From the NCBI GenBank assembly GCA_965248355.1, contig OZ252098.1, forward strand, positions 4,960,001 through 5,024,000: 64,000 bases of DNA, given 5' to 3'. The DNA comes from Candidatus Latescibacterota bacterium (GTDB lineage Bacteria; Latescibacterota; UBA2968; UBA8231). Below, piece by piece: positions 50,200-61,033 of this stretch. Positions within the stretch are counted from its first letter, which is position 1. Each line of letters opens with the position of its first letter. A program made the translations under genes and the position numbers. Below the pieces are notes generated by a model. The model ran no database searches. It had not been told where the DNA came from and worked only from the letters and a program-made list of their open reading frames with translations.

Positions 50200-50730
50200 A
50201 TGACCCTCTCCAACCTCGATCCATCCGCCGCGGTCCGCGCCTTGGCCGCGTGCTTCGTCTTCGGCCTGCTGCCGCTCGCCGCGGACGGGTCCCCCTCCGA
50301 CGACGGAAGCCCGGATGGATCACCCGCCGCCCGGGAGCTGGGGGCCGTCCAGGCCTCCTCCTCGGCCGGGTCCAGGTCTCCGATCACGATCCGTCGAACC
50401 CTCGGCCTGGCCTTTCTCGCGGGGGGCGCGGCTCTCACCGCCAGGGGATTCGACTACAAGGACGAGGCCGACGCCTTCTACGACGCCTACAGGGCCGCCG
50501 ACGACGAGGCCGAGATCCAGAGGCTCTACCAGCGCACGACGAACCGGGACGTGAAGAGCCAGGTCAGCTGGGCCCTGGCCGCGGCCTGCGGCATCACCGG
50601 CCTGCGGCTCCTGTTCACCGGCGGCGGCGAGCTCCAGAGCACCTCCCTGCCGGGCCGCTCCTCCCTCGCCCTGGTCCACGCCCCGGAGCTCCGGGGCGTG
50701 GGTCTGCGCTTGCAGCGCCGTTTCCACTGA
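50200..50730 (+). CDS. Hypothetical secreted/membrane protein
   Basis: Signal-like N-terminus and two hydrophobic segments; a TTGACA at 50095-50100 lies upstream. Confidence 0.65.
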   Translation: MTLSNLDPSAAVRALAACFVFGLLPLAADGSPSDDGSPDGSPAARELGAVQASSSAGSRSPITIRRTLGLAFLAGGAALTARGFDYKDEADAFYDAYRAADDEAEIQRLYQRTTNRDVKSQVSWALAAACGITGLRLLFTGGGELQSTSLPGRSSLALVHAPELRGVGLRLQRRFH

Positions 50731-50752
50731 TCCGGTGAAGGCTCCCCTCATC

Positions 50753-53700
50753 ATGAAGAGTATCGCCGCCGGCGCCCTGCTGCTCGCGCTCTACGCCCTG
50801 GGCTGCGACCGCGATCGCAGCAACCCTCTCGACCCGCAGGCGGACCTGGTCGAGGGCCGCCCCGCAACCCCGGCGGAACTCTCCGTGGGGGGAGACGTGG
50901 GCGTCATCCGCCTGTCCTGGAAGCCGGTCACCGACCCCGACCTGGCGGGTTACGCCGTGCTCCGCTCGGTCCACTCCAACGGCACCTTCTCCTTCGTCGC
51001 CGGAGAGGGCGACTCGACGGCCGGGATCACCACGGGCAAGACCACCTACGTCGACACCATTCACGGCGGCAAGCTCACCTTCTTCTACCGGGTGGCCTCC
51101 GTCGACACCAACGGTCTTCGCAGTCAGCTGTCGGGATTCGTGGGGGCCACGTCATTGTCGGACGACCGTTCGCCGGGCGCGCCTCATTCGTTGTCGGCGG
51201 TGGCGTCGGATCGAGCGGGGGAGGTGGTGGTTCGTTGGAGCGCCCCGTTGACGGACACGGGGGGGGAGCCTCTGTCGGGTTTGTCGGGGTACGTGCTTCT
51301 TCGTTCGGAGTCGGGGGCGGGGGGTCTGGTGCCGGTGGACACTCTTTCGGCGGGCGTTCAGGAGTATCGGGACACGGGTTTGAAGAGCCGGACGACGTAT
51401 TCGTACAGCGTGGTGGCGTTCGACGCGTTGGGGAACACGAGCAGCGCGAGCTCGGCGGTGTCGGTGACGTCGTCGGGTCTGTCGTCCCCGGAGGGTTTGC
51501 GGGCGTCGGCGGGGATCGGCCGGATCGAGTTGCTGTGGTCGTCGGTGGGGGCGTCGTCTCTGGTGGGCTACGACGTGTATCGGTCGTCGACGTCGGACGG
51601 GACGTATCGGCGCCTGGCGGGGGGGGAGGGGACGTCTTTCACGACGGGCCTGACGAGCTACGTGGACAGCAATCTTTCGGGGGGCCAGCGGTATTACTAC
51701 AAGATCCGTTCGGTGGGTGAGGCCGGGGCGGTGAGCGAGCTGTCGGGATTCGTGGGGGCCACGTCATTGTCGGACGACCGTTCGCCGGGCGCGCCTCATT
51801 CGTTGTCGGCGGTGGCGTCGGATCGAGCGGGGGAGGTGGTGGTTCGTTGGAGCGCCCCGTTGACGGACACGGGGGGGGAGCCTCTGTCGGGTTTGTCGGG
51901 GTACGTGCTTCTTCGTTCGGAGTCGGGGGCGGGGGGTCTGGTGCCGGTGGACACTCTTTCGGCGGGCGTTCAGGAGTATCGGGACACGGGTTTGAAGAGC
52001 CGGACGACGTATTCGTACAGCGTGGTGGCGTTCGACGCGTTGGGGAACACGAGCAGCGCGAGCTCGGCGGTGTCGGTGACGTCGTCGGGTCTGTCGTCCC
52101 CGGAGGGTTTGCGGGCGTCGGCGGGGATCGGCCGGATCGAGTTGCTGTGGTCGTCGGTGGGGGCGTCGTCTCTGGTGGGCTACGACGTGTATCGGTCGTC
52201 GACGTCGGACGGGACGTATCGGCGCCTGGCGGGGGGGGAGGGGACGTCTTTCACGACGGGCCTGACGAGCTACGTGGACAGCAATCTTTCGGGGGGCCAG
52301 CGGTATTACTACAAGATCCGTTCGGTGGGTGAGGCCGGGGCGGTGAGCGAGCTGTCGGGATTCGTGGGGGCCACGTCATTGTCGGACGACCGTTCGCCGG
52401 GCGCGCCTCATTCGTTGTCGGCGGTGGCGTCGGATCGAGCGGGGGAGGTGGTGGTTCGTTGGAGCGCCCCGTTGACGGACACGGGGGGGGAGCCTCTGTC
52501 GGGTTTGTCGGGGTACGTGCTTCTTCGTTCGGAGTCGGGGGCGGGGGGTCTGGTGCCGGTGGACACTCTTTCGGCGGGCGTTCAGGAGTATCGGGACACG
52601 GGTTTGAAGAGCCGGACGACGTATTCGTACAGCGTGGTGGCGTTCGACGCGTTGGGGAACACGAGCAGCGCGAGCTCGGCGGTGTCGGTGACGTCGTCGG
52701 GTCTGTCGTCCCCGGAGGGTTTGCGGGCGTCGGCGGGGATCGGCCGGATCGAGTTGCTGTGGTCGTCGGTGGGGGCGTCGTCTCTGGTGGGCTACGACGT
52801 GTATCGGTCGTCGACGTCGGACGGGACGTATCGGCGCCTGGCGGGGGGGGAGGGGACGTCTTTCACGACGGGCCTGACGAGCTACGTGGACAGCAATCTT
52901 TCGGGGGGCCAGCGGTATTACTACAAGATCCGTTCGGTGGGTGAGGCCGGGGCGGTGAGCGAGCTGTCGGGATTCGTGGGGGCCACGTCATTGTCGGACG
53001 ACCGTTCGCCGGGCGCGCCTCATTCGTTGTCGGCGGTGGCGTCGGATCGAGCGGGGGAGGTGGTGGTTCGTTGGAGCGCCCCGTTGACGGACACGGGGGG
53101 GGAGCCTCTGTCGGGTTTGTCGGGGTACGTGCTTCTTCGTTCGGAGTCGGGGGCGGGGGGTCTGGTGCCGGTGGACACTCTTTCGGCGGGCGTTCAGGAG
53201 TATCGGGACACGGGTTTGAAGAGCCGGACGACGTATTCGTACAGCGTGGTGGCGTTCGACGCGTTGGGGAACACGAGCAGCGCGAGCTCGGCGGTGTCGG
53301 TGACGTCGTCGGGTCTGTCGTCCCCGGAGGGTTTGCGGGCGTCGGCGGGGATCGGCCGGATCGAGTTGCTGTGGTCGTCGGTGGGGGCGTCGTCTCTGGT
53401 GGGCTACGACGTGTATCGGTCGTCGACGTCGGACGGGACGTATCGGCGCCTGGCGGGGGGGGAGGGGACGTCTTTCACGACGGGCCTGACGAGCTACGTG
53501 GACAGCAATCTTTCGGGGGGCCAGCGGTATTACTACAAGATCCGTTCGGTGGGTGAGGCCGGGGCGGTGAGCGAGCTGTCGGGATTCGTGGGGGCCACGT
53601 CATTGTCGGACGACCGTTCGCCGGGCGCGCCTCATTCGTTGTCGGCGGTGGCGTCGGATCGAGCGGGGGAGGTGGTGGTTCGTTGGAGCGCCCCGTTGAC

Positions 53701-56674
53701 GGACACGGGGGGGGAGCCTCTGTCGGGTTTGTCGGGGTACGTGCTTCTTCGTTCGGAGTCGGGGGCGGGGGGTCTGGTGCCGGTGGACACTCTTTCGGCG
53801 GGCGTTCAGGAGTATCGGGACACGGGTTTGAAGAGCCGGACGACGTATTCGTACAGCGTGGTGGCGTTCGACGCGTTGGGGAACACGAGCAGCGCGAGCT
53901 CGGCGGTGTCGGTGACGTCGTCGGGTCTGTCGTCCCCGGAGGGTTTGCGGGCGTCGGCGGGGATCGGCCGGATCGAGTTGCTGTGGTCGTCGGTGGGGGC
54001 GTCGTCTCTGGTGGGCTACGACGTGTATCGGTCGTCGACGTCGGACGGGACGTATCGGCGCCTGGCGGGGGGGGAGGGGACGTCTTTCACGACGGGCCTG
54101 ACGAGCTACGTGGACAGCAATCTTTCGGGGGGCCAGCGGTATTACTACAAGATCCGTTCGGTGGGTGAGGCCGGGGCGGTGAGCGAGCTGTCGGGATTCG
54201 TGGGGGCCACGTCATTGTCGGACGACCGTTCGCCGGGCGCGCCTCATTCGTTGTCGGCGGTGGCGTCGGATCGAGCGGGGGAGGTGGTGGTTCGTTGGAG
54301 CGCCCCGTTGACGGACACGGGGGGGGAGCCTCTGTCGGGTTTGTCGGGGTACGTGCTTCTTCGTTCGGAGTCGGGGGCGGGGGGTCTGGTGCCGGTGGAC
54401 ACTCTTTCGGCGGGCGTTCAGGAGTATCGGGACACGGGTTTGAAGAGCCGGACGACGTATTCGTACAGCGTGGTGGCGTTCGACGCGTTGGGGAACACGA
54501 GCAGCGCGAGCTCGGCGGTGTCGGTGACGTCGTCGGGTCTGTCGTCCCCGGAGGGTTTGCGGGCGTCGGCGGGGATCGGCCGGATCGAGTTGCTGTGGTC
54601 GTCGGTGGGGGCGTCGTCTCTGGTGGGCTACGACGTGTATCGGTCGTCGACGTCGGACGGGACGTATCGGCGCCTGGCGGGGGGGGAGGGGACGTCTTTC
54701 ACGACGGGCCTGACGAGCTACGTGGACAGCAATCTTTCGGGGGGCCAGCGGTATTACTACAAGATCCGTTCGGTGGGTGAGGCCGGGGCGGTGAGCGAGC
54801 TGTCGGGATTCGTGGGGGCCACGTCTCTGTCGGACGACCGTTCGCCGGAGCCGCCGCCCGGGGTGGCCGCCGTGGCCGACGCCTCCGATCCGTCGCGGAT
54901 CACCCTGAGTTGGGGTGCGCCCTCGAGGGACGCCGGCGGGGGACCCCTGACAGGTCTGTCGGGTTTCATCCTGCTCCGTGCCGAAGGGGACGGCTCCTTC
55001 GTGCGCGCCGCCTCCCTGGGCGCCGGCCAGCGCCGGTTCGACGACACCGGTCTGAAGTCTCTGACGACCTATCGCTATGCCCTCATCGCCGTCGATGGCG
55101 CCGGCAACGAGAGCGCCCTCTCCCCCGTCGCCCAGGTGACGACGACCGGCGTTCCGGCGCCGGCCGCTGTGACCGCTGACGACGGTTTCGGCCGCATCGA
55201 GCTGAACTGGGCCGCCGTCCACCACGTCGATCTGCTCGGATACAACGTGTACCGGGCGACGCGTCCGGATCAGCCCTTCTCGCGCCTGGAAGGGGACGGC
55301 GGGGAAGCCTTCAGCACGGGCCGCACGACCTTCGTCGACTCGAGTCTGGCCGCCGGCCAGTTGTTCTACTACAAGGTCACCACCGTCACCGCCGAACTCG
55401 AGAGCGATCCCTCGGCGCTCGTCAGCGCTTCGGCAGCGGCCGACGACGTGGCGCCAGCTGCTCCCACCGGTCTCGTGGCCATCGCCGCCGACGACCGGGC
55501 CGAGGTGTCCTTGCGCTGGTCGAGGCCGCGCACCGACCAGGACGGCGGCGATCTGACGGGGCTCCGCAGCTTTGTCGTCTACCGGGCGCAGGACGGACCC
55601 GGGGCCTTGTCGGCAGTCGATACGGTCGACGCCGGCTCGAGCGCCTTTACCGACACCGGCCTCGAACCGGCCACGACTTACTACTATTCCGTCAGCGCCA
55701 CCGATGGCTCGGGCAACGTCAGTCCACGCGCCCTGACCGTGTCGGCCACGACCCCGGGGATCTCTCCCCCCGCCGCGCTCTCCACCAGCGGTGAGGTGAC
55801 CCGCATCACGGTCTCCTGGAACGCCAGCGATGAGGATGACCTCCTCGGCTACAACGTCTACCGCTCGACCCGCCCCGACGAGGGGTATGCGCGTCTCGCC
55901 GGCGCCGAGGGCACACCCTTCACCACCGGTCAGACGAGCTACGTCGACTCCAACCTGCCGGGCGGCCAGATCCTCTATTACCGGGTCTCCGTGGTGACCT
56001 CCTCCGGCGAGAGCGATCCCTCCGCCTTCAGCGGCGCCACAGTGCTCGTCGACCTCCACGCTCCGGAGGCGCCTTCGCAGGTCACGGGGCGGCCGGTCCC
56101 CGGCCATCCCGACCAGCTCGAGCTGTCCTGGCGGGCCCCGAGGAGCGACGAGGACGGGGGCCGGCTCACCGGCGTGAGCGGGTACGTCGTCTACCGCGCC
56201 GCCGAGGCTACAGGCGACTTCACGGAGCTCGACTCGACGGTGACGAGCACCTTCGTCGACACCGCCCTGTCCCAGCGTACCACCTACTACTACCAGGTCG
56301 AAGCCTTTGACGCCGAGGGCAACCTGGGTCCGAGGTCGGAGACCGCCTCGGCCACGACGGGCGGCGTCGATCTGCCCACCAACGTGCGGCTGGTCGCCGC
56401 GACGCCGTCCAATCCCAACGACCGCCCCGTGGTGACGATCAGTTGGGTGGCTTCGAAGGGGGCCATTCTGCGCTACGAGGTGCAACGGACGACGGTCGCC
56501 AACAGCACCCGGGACGGCGATTACACCGAGATCCTTCCCCACGCGATCGGCACGACCCGGGAGGACGACACGGTCCGGCGCGGGCAGACTTACTACTACC
56601 GCGTGCGAGCGGTCGATATTGACGACCGCGCAAGCGAATGGACCGAGCCGCTCGGAATCACCGTCTCCGAATGA
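50753..56674 (+). CDS. Giant fibronectin type III repeat lipoprotein
   Basis: Lipobox LYALG-C then DRDRSNPLDP; about 19 FN3-like domains (W..GY.VYR..Y.D..YYY.V); six identical 204-aa double-FN3 units. Confidence 0.9.
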   Translation: MKSIAAGALLLALYALGCDRDRSNPLDPQADLVEGRPATPAELSVGGDVGVIRLSWKPVTDPDLAGYAVLRSVHSNGTFSFVAGEGDSTAGITTGKTTYVDTIHGGKLTFFYRVASVDTNGLRSQLSGFVGATSLSDDRSPGAPHSLSAVASDRAGEVVVRWSAPLTDTGGEPLSGLSGYVLLRSESGAGGLVPVDTLSAGVQEYRDTGLKSRTTYSYSVVAFDALGNTSSASSAVSVTSSGLSSPEGLRASAGIGRIELLWSSVGASSLVGYDVYRSSTSDGTYRRLAGGEGTSFTTGLTSYVDSNLSGGQRYYYKIRSVGEAGAVSELSGFVGATSLSDDRSPGAPHSLSAVASDRAGEVVVRWSAPLTDTGGEPLSGLSGYVLLRSESGAGGLVPVDTLSAGVQEYRDTGLKSRTTYSYSVVAFDALGNTSSASSAVSVTSSGLSSPEGLRASAGIGRIELLWSSVGASSLVGYDVYRSSTSDGTYRRLAGGEGTSFTTGLTSYVDSNLSGGQRYYYKIRSVGEAGAVSELSGFVGATSLSDDRSPGAPHSLSAVASDRAGEVVVRWSAPLTDTGGEPLSGLSGYVLLRSESGAGGLVPVDTLSAGVQEYRDTGLKSRTTYSYSVVAFDALGNTSSASSAVSVTSSGLSSPEGLRASAGIGRIELLWSSVGASSLVGYDVYRSSTSDGTYRRLAGGEGTSFTTGLTSYVDSNLSGGQRYYYKIRSVGEAGAVSELSGFVGATSLSDDRSPGAPHSLSAVASDRAGEVVVRWSAPLTDTGGEPLSGLSGYVLLRSESGAGGLVPVDTLSAGVQEYRDTGLKSRTTYSYSVVAFDALGNTSSASSAVSVTSSGLSSPEGLRASAGIGRIELLWSSVGASSLVGYDVYRSSTSDGTYRRLAGGEGTSFTTGLTSYVDSNLSGGQRYYYKIRSVGEAGAVSELSGFVGATSLSDDRSPGAPHSLSAVASDRAGEVVVRWSAPLTDTGGEPLSGLSGYVLLRSESGAGGLVPVDTLSAGVQEYRDTGLKSRTTYSYSVVAFDALGNTSSASSAVSVTSSGLSSPEGLRASAGIGRIELLWSSVGASSLVGYDVYRSSTSDGTYRRLAGGEGTSFTTGLTSYVDSNLSGGQRYYYKIRSVGEAGAVSELSGFVGATSLSDDRSPGAPHSLSAVASDRAGEVVVRWSAPLTDTGGEPLSGLSGYVLLRSESGAGGLVPVDTLSAGVQEYRDTGLKSRTTYSYSVVAFDALGNTSSASSAVSVTSSGLSSPEGLRASAGIGRIELLWSSVGASSLVGYDVYRSSTSDGTYRRLAGGEGTSFTTGLTSYVDSNLSGGQRYYYKIRSVGEAGAVSELSGFVGATSLSDDRSPEPPPGVAAVADASDPSRITLSWGAPSRDAGGGPLTGLSGFILLRAEGDGSFVRAASLGAGQRRFDDTGLKSLTTYRYALIAVDGAGNESALSPVAQVTTTGVPAPAAVTADDGFGRIELNWAAVHHVDLLGYNVYRATRPDQPFSRLEGDGGEAFSTGRTTFVDSSLAAGQLFYYKVTTVTAELESDPSALVSASAAADDVAPAAPTGLVAIAADDRAEVSLRWSRPRTDQDGGDLTGLRSFVVYRAQDGPGALSAVDTVDAGSSAFTDTGLEPATTYYYSVSATDGSGNVSPRALTVSATTPGISPPAALSTSGEVTRITVSWNASDEDDLLGYNVYRSTRPDEGYARLAGAEGTPFTTGQTSYVDSNLPGGQILYYRVSVVTSSGESDPSAFSGATVLVDLHAPEAPSQVTGRPVPGHPDQLELSWRAPRSDEDGGRLTGVSGYVVYRAAEATGDFTELDSTVTSTFVDTALSQRTTYYYQVEAFDAEGNLGPRSETASATTGGVDLPTNVRLVAATPSNPNDRPVVTISWVASKGAILRYEVQRTTVANSTRDGDYTEILPHAIGTTREDDTVRRGQTYYYRVRAVDIDDRASEWTEPLGITVSE
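51126..54825 (+). repeat. Tandem array of six identical 612-bp units plus 28 bp
   Basis: Units start at 51126, 51738, 52350, 52962, 53574 and 54186; translations are identical in two reading frames. Confidence 0.95.
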
Positions 56675-56730
56675 CCTAGCCGGGGGAATGCTCCAGGGAA
56701 GGGCGTGGCCGCCGCCCACCCGGATCTGAC

Positions 56731-58152
56731 ATGCCAGCCAGCGGACCGACGAACGGTCTCGGAGTCATCCTGGTCCGGGCCCTGAGAGAAGCACAGGTCG
56801 CCCACGGCGACGGCATCGTCGTCGCCGCCTCCGGCGGCCTCGACTCCATGGTCCTGCTGGATCTCCTGCACCGGGTCGAGGCACCTGGTGGCCTGCACCT
56901 CCACGTGGCCCATCTGGATCATCGATTGCGTGCCGAATCCGCGGTGGACGCCCGATTCGTGGCCGCCGCCGCGGCGCGTCTCGGTCTGCCGGCCACGGTG
57001 GAAGCCGTGGACGTGGCCGCGCGGGCCCACCGTTTCGGCCGGTCCCTGGAAGAGGAGGGCCGGGCGGCTCGGTACGAGCTATTCGAGCGGGTCCGGAAGC
57101 GGGCCGGGTGTCGGTGGGTGGCCCTCGGCCATCATGCCGACGATCAAGCCGAGACCATGCTCCTGCGTCTGCTCCGGGGTGCGGGACCCACCGGGCTGGG
57201 GGCCATGTCCCCGGTCCGCGCCCCCGGGGTCATCCGTCCACTGCTGGGCGCCACCCGCGCCCAGATCCGCGCATACGCCTCCCGGGAGGGTATCGAGTAC
57301 CGTGAGGACCGCAGCAACCGCGATCTCTCGGTCCCCCGGAACCGCGTCCGCCACGAGTTGCTGCCGAGCCTGAGGCGGCGTCACAACCCAGCCGTGGTCG
57401 ATGCCCTGTCACGTACCGCGTCGCTGCTGCGCGATGAGGACGACTATCTCGACGAGGTCAGCCGCGGGGCGGCGAGGGAGGTCCTGATGCAGCGCGATCC
57501 AGCGGGTGTCACACTTGATGCCCAGTGCCTGCGCGGCTATCATATAGCCGTCCGGCGGCGTGTCTTACGTCAGTATATTCAAGAGCTTGCGCACCACATG
57601 CCGGTCTCCCGGACCGCCGTGGAGACGGTCGCCGAGGCGGCCGGATCCTCGTCATCCGGCCTGCGGTCGATCGGTGGCGGCCTGTGGGTGCAGGCCACCG
57701 GCGGGAGCCTGATTCTGCGTCGCGGCCCGGCCTCCAACGTCCAAGCCAGAGTCGAGCTTCCGGGGCGCACCCGGATCCCTGAGCGGGGGGTCGCGCTGGA
57801 GGCGCGGTTCCTCGACCCCGCGAGGTTCGAGGCGGTTCGCCCGTCCCTTGACGGCTGGCGCGCCGCCTTCGACGCCGGGGCGGCGGAAGGGGAATTGTCG
57901 TTGCGCAGTCCGCGGCCAGGCGATCGTCTGCAACCCCTGGGCATGGAGGGGCGTCACAAGAAGCTCAGCGACTGCTTCGTCGACGCCAAGTGGCCGAGGA
58001 TCCTCCGGCCCGAAGCACTGCTGCTGACCCGCAGGCCCGCCACCCCGGGCCCAGGGGAGGAGATCCTCTGGGTTGCGGGGCTGGCCCGCAGCCACACGCA
58101 TCGGGTCGCGGCGAGCAGTCGGCGCATCCTGTACCTTGAGTTCGAGTCCTAG
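56731..58152 (+). CDS. tilS: tRNA(Ile)-lysidine synthase
   Basis: SGGLDS, HLDHRLR, GHHADDQAET, IRPLL and RNRVRH motifs; TilS C-terminal domain. Confidence 0.95.
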   Translation: MPASGPTNGLGVILVRALREAQVAHGDGIVVAASGGLDSMVLLDLLHRVEAPGGLHLHVAHLDHRLRAESAVDARFVAAAAARLGLPATVEAVDVAARAHRFGRSLEEEGRAARYELFERVRKRAGCRWVALGHHADDQAETMLLRLLRGAGPTGLGAMSPVRAPGVIRPLLGATRAQIRAYASREGIEYREDRSNRDLSVPRNRVRHELLPSLRRRHNPAVVDALSRTASLLRDEDDYLDEVSRGAAREVLMQRDPAGVTLDAQCLRGYHIAVRRRVLRQYIQELAHHMPVSRTAVETVAEAAGSSSSGLRSIGGGLWVQATGGSLILRRGPASNVQARVELPGRTRIPERGVALEARFLDPARFEAVRPSLDGWRAAFDAGAAEGELSLRSPRPGDRLQPLGMEGRHKKLSDCFVDAKWPRILRPEALLLTRRPATPGPGEEILWVAGLARSHTHRVAASSRRILYLEFES

Positions 58153-58160
58153 GAGCCCCC

Positions 58161-60185
58161 ATGGCAGAGCGCGAAGGTCCACAAGGCGAAGGCCGCGACC
58201 GGGGCGAAGGTGGTACCGGGGAAGACCCCCCCCGCGTCCCTTGGCGCTGGCCGTCCCGGGGCCGCGCCTTCTGGATCTTTCTGATCCTCGTCCTCATCAT
58301 CGCCGCCAAGTTCTTCGGCAGCATGCCGACGGACAGCCGCGAGGTCTCCTACGTTCAGTATCGCGAGTTCCTCAAGGACCGGCAGATCATGCGCGCCAAG
58401 ATCGTCGGCGACGAGGAGTTTCAGGGGGTCTTGAGCGACGGCACCCGCTTCGTCGTCAACCTCGGTCCCATCGACGCGGAGACCAAGCGCGAGTGGGAGG
58501 AGGCCGGCGTCGACTTCTCCTTCGAGGAGAAGCCCTTCCAGTGGTACTCGGTGCTCATCTCCTTCCTGCCGTGGCTGTTGTTCATCGGCTTCTGGATCTT
58601 CATGCTTCGCCAGATGCAGGGAGGTCCGCGCGGCCTGTTCTCCTTCGGCAAGAGTCGAGCCCGCCTGCTGACGGAGGACAAGCGCAAGACCACCTTCCGC
58701 GAGGTGGCCGGTGCCGACGAGGCCAAGGAGGAGCTCAACGAGATCATCGAGTTCCTCAAGGATCCCAAGAAGTTCCAGCGCCTCGGGGGCCGCACCCCGA
58801 AGGGCGTGCTCCTCGTGGGCGCCCCGGGTACCGGCAAGACCCATCTCGCCCGCGCCGTGGCCGGAGAGGCGGGGGTGCCCTTCTTCTCGATCAGTGGCTC
58901 CGACTTCGTCGAGATGTTCGTCGGCGTGGGGGCCTCCCGCGTGCGCGACCTGTTCGAGCAGGGCAAGGCGAGCGCCCCGTGCATCATTTTCATCGACGAG
59001 ATCGACGCCGTCGGCCGCCACCGGGGAGCGGGCATCGGAGGCGGCCACGACGAGCGCGAGCAGACCCTCAACCAGCTGCTCGTCGAGATGGACGGCTTCG
59101 AGTCGAACGACGGCGTGATCCTCATCGCCGCCACCAACCGCCCCGATGTGCTCGATCCCGCCCTGCTGCGGCCCGGCCGATTCGACCGCCGCGTGGTGGT
59201 CAGCCTGCCCGACGTGCGCGGCCGCAAGGGCATCCTCGAGGTGCATTCGCGCAACGTCCCCCTGAGCGAGGACGTCGACATGGAACGCCTGGCCAAGGGC
59301 ACGCCCGGGCTGACGGGAGCCGATCTCGAGAGCATGGTGAACGAGGCCGCCCTGCTGGCCTCGAGGCGGGATCGCGAGCAGGTGGTCATGGTGGACATGG
59401 AGGACGCCAAGGACAAGGTCATGCTCGGCGCCGAGCGCAAGAGCATGATCATGACCGAGGAGGACAAGAAGCTGGCCGCCGTGCACGAGGCCGGCCACGC
59501 CCTGGCGGCCAAGCTCACGCCGGGGTCGCCGCCGATCAACAAGGCCGTCATCGTGCCCCGGGGTCAGACCATGGGCATGGTCTCCTTCCTGGCCGAAGAG
59601 CGTCACTCCGTGACCGAGTCCCGCCTGCGCGCCCACCTCGTGACCGGCCTCGGCGGCTGCTGCGCCGAAGTCCTGGTCTTCGGCGAACGCTCCACAGGGG
59701 CCCAGGCCGACTACAAGCAGGTCACGGCCCTGGCCCGCAGCATGGTCTGCGACTGGGGCATGAACAAGGATCTGGGGCCCTTGGCCCTGGGAGGGGAGGG
59801 GGAGGAGGTCTTTCTGGGCAAGGAATTCGCCCGGACCCGCAACTTCTCCGAGCAGACGGCCCAGACCATCGACCGCGAGATCCGGGGCCTCGTGATCGAC
59901 GCCGAGCAACGGGCCGCGGCGCTGCTGGCGGAGAACCGCCGGCAGCTCGACGACCTGGCCACGGCCCTGCTCGAGTACGAGGTCCTCGACGACGCCGAGA
60001 TCGACCGCATCCTGAATGGCCAGCCGTTGCATCGTGAGCCCGTGGCGGAGGCAGCTCCGGAGGAAGAGGCCACTTCGGGGAACGGGGCGGCCGAGGCGCC
60101 CTCCGATGGCGGCGCCGAGGGCGAGGAAGCGGCCGACTCGAGCGCCGCCCCCTCTCCGCCGCTCGGCGGTCCCTCTCCGGGGTGA
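58161..60185 (+). CDS. ftsH: ATP-dependent zinc metalloprotease FtsH
   Basis: Two TM helices; [17 protein letters not shown] and HEAGH motifs. Confidence 0.97.
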   Translation: MAEREGPQGEGRDRGEGGTGEDPPRVPWRWPSRGRAFWIFLILVLIIAAKFFGSMPTDSREVSYVQYREFLKDRQIMRAKIVGDEEFQGVLSDGTRFVVNLGPIDAETKREWEEAGVDFSFEEKPFQWYSVLISFLPWLLFIGFWIFMLRQMQGGPRGLFSFGKSRARLLTEDKRKTTFREVAGADEAKEELNEIIEFLKDPKKFQRLGGRTPKGVLLVGAPGTGKTHLARAVAGEAGVPFFSISGSDFVEMFVGVGASRVRDLFEQGKASAPCIIFIDEIDAVGRHRGAGIGGGHDEREQTLNQLLVEMDGFESNDGVILIAATNRPDVLDPALLRPGRFDRRVVVSLPDVRGRKGILEVHSRNVPLSEDVDMERLAKGTPGLTGADLESMVNEAALLASRRDREQVVMVDMEDAKDKVMLGAERKSMIMTEEDKKLAAVHEAGHALAAKLTPGSPPINKAVIVPRGQTMGMVSFLAEERHSVTESRLRAHLVTGLGGCCAEVLVFGERSTGAQADYKQVTALARSMVCDWGMNKDLGPLALGGEGEEVFLGKEFARTRNFSEQTAQTIDREIRGLVIDAEQRAAALLAENRRQLDDLATALLEYEVLDDAEIDRILNGQPLHREPVAEAAPEEEATSGNGAAEAPSDGGAEGEEAADSSAAPSPPLGGPSPG

Positions 60186-61033
60186 TCTGGGAGCTGGCAG
60201 GGGGCCGGCGGATCGACTTCCGCCCGCGCGTACAGATCATGGGGGTCCTGAACGTGACCCCCGATTCGTTCTACGACGGAGGCCGCTACGTCGAGGGCTC
60301 CGCGGCCGTGGACCGAGCCCTGTCCCTGGTCGAGGCGGGCGCCGACATCGTCGACGTAGGCGGCGAGTCCACGCGCCCACCGCTCTACGGAGCGGCGGCG
60401 GAGGTGACGGTCGCGGAGGAAGAAGGGCGGGTCCTGCCCGTGATCGAGGCCATCCGGCGGCACAGCGCCGTCCCCCTCTCCGTCGATACGGTCAAGGCCG
60501 AGGTCGCCCGGCAGGCCCTGGCGGCCGGAGCCGATATCGTCAACGACATCAGCGCCCTCTCCCACGACGAGGACATGGCCCCGGTGGCGGCCGCGGCCGG
60601 AGCGCCCGTGATCCTCATGCATCGCCGGGGAACCCCCGCCACCATGCAGCAGAACACGCGCTACGACGACCTGACCGGTGAGGTCGCCGGCTATCTCGAA
60701 GAGAGGGTCGAGTACGCCGAGCGCAACGGGATTCCGGCGACCCGGGTCGCCGTGGACCCGGGGATCGGCTTCGGCAAGTCCTTCACCGGCAACCACGAGC
60801 TCCTGCGCCGGGCGGGGTCGTTCTCGGTGCGGGGCTGCCCCGTGGTTGTCGGGGCGTCCCGCAAGTCGTTCCTGTGGAGGCCCATGGGCCTCACGCCGGA
60901 GGACGCTCTCGAAGCCAGCCTGGCGGCGGCGGTCCTCGCCGTCCTCCACGGCGCCCGGGCCGTGCGCGTTCACGACGTGAAGGAGACGGTCCGCGCCGTC
61001 CGCGTCTCCGAGGCGGTCGAGGGCGCCCCGTGA
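60182..61033 (+). CDS. folP: Dihydropteroate synthase
   Basis: MGVLNVTPDSF, GGESTRP, DPGIGFGK, SRKSF and RVHDV motifs. Confidence 0.96.
   Translation: MIWELAGGRRIDFRPRVQIMGVLNVTPDSFYDGGRYVEGSAAVDRALSLVEAGADIVDVGGESTRPPLYGAAAEVTVAEEEGRVLPVIEAIRRHSAVPLSVDTVKAEVARQALAAGADIVNDISALSHDEDMAPVAAAAGAPVILMHRRGTPATMQQNTRYDDLTGEVAGYLEERVEYAERNGIPATRVAVDPGIGFGKSFTGNHELLRRAGSFSVRGCPVVVGASRKSFLWRPMGLTPEDALEASLAAAVLAVLHGARAVRVHDVKETVRAVRVSEAVEGAP

Noticed and set aside
51235..54780. Six 161-aa Gly/Val-rich ORFs
   Set aside because: These are alternative-frame shadows of the G+T-rich FN3 repeat.
51126..54825. Repeat array as CRISPR or mobile element
   Set aside because: The units are 612-bp in-frame coding repeats with no spacers, cas genes, terminal repeats or transposase.
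59480..59730. FtsH protease domain inactive (GGCCAE, GAQAD variants)
   Set aside because: HEAGH and the third-ligand Asp are retained; the differences look like ordinary divergence.
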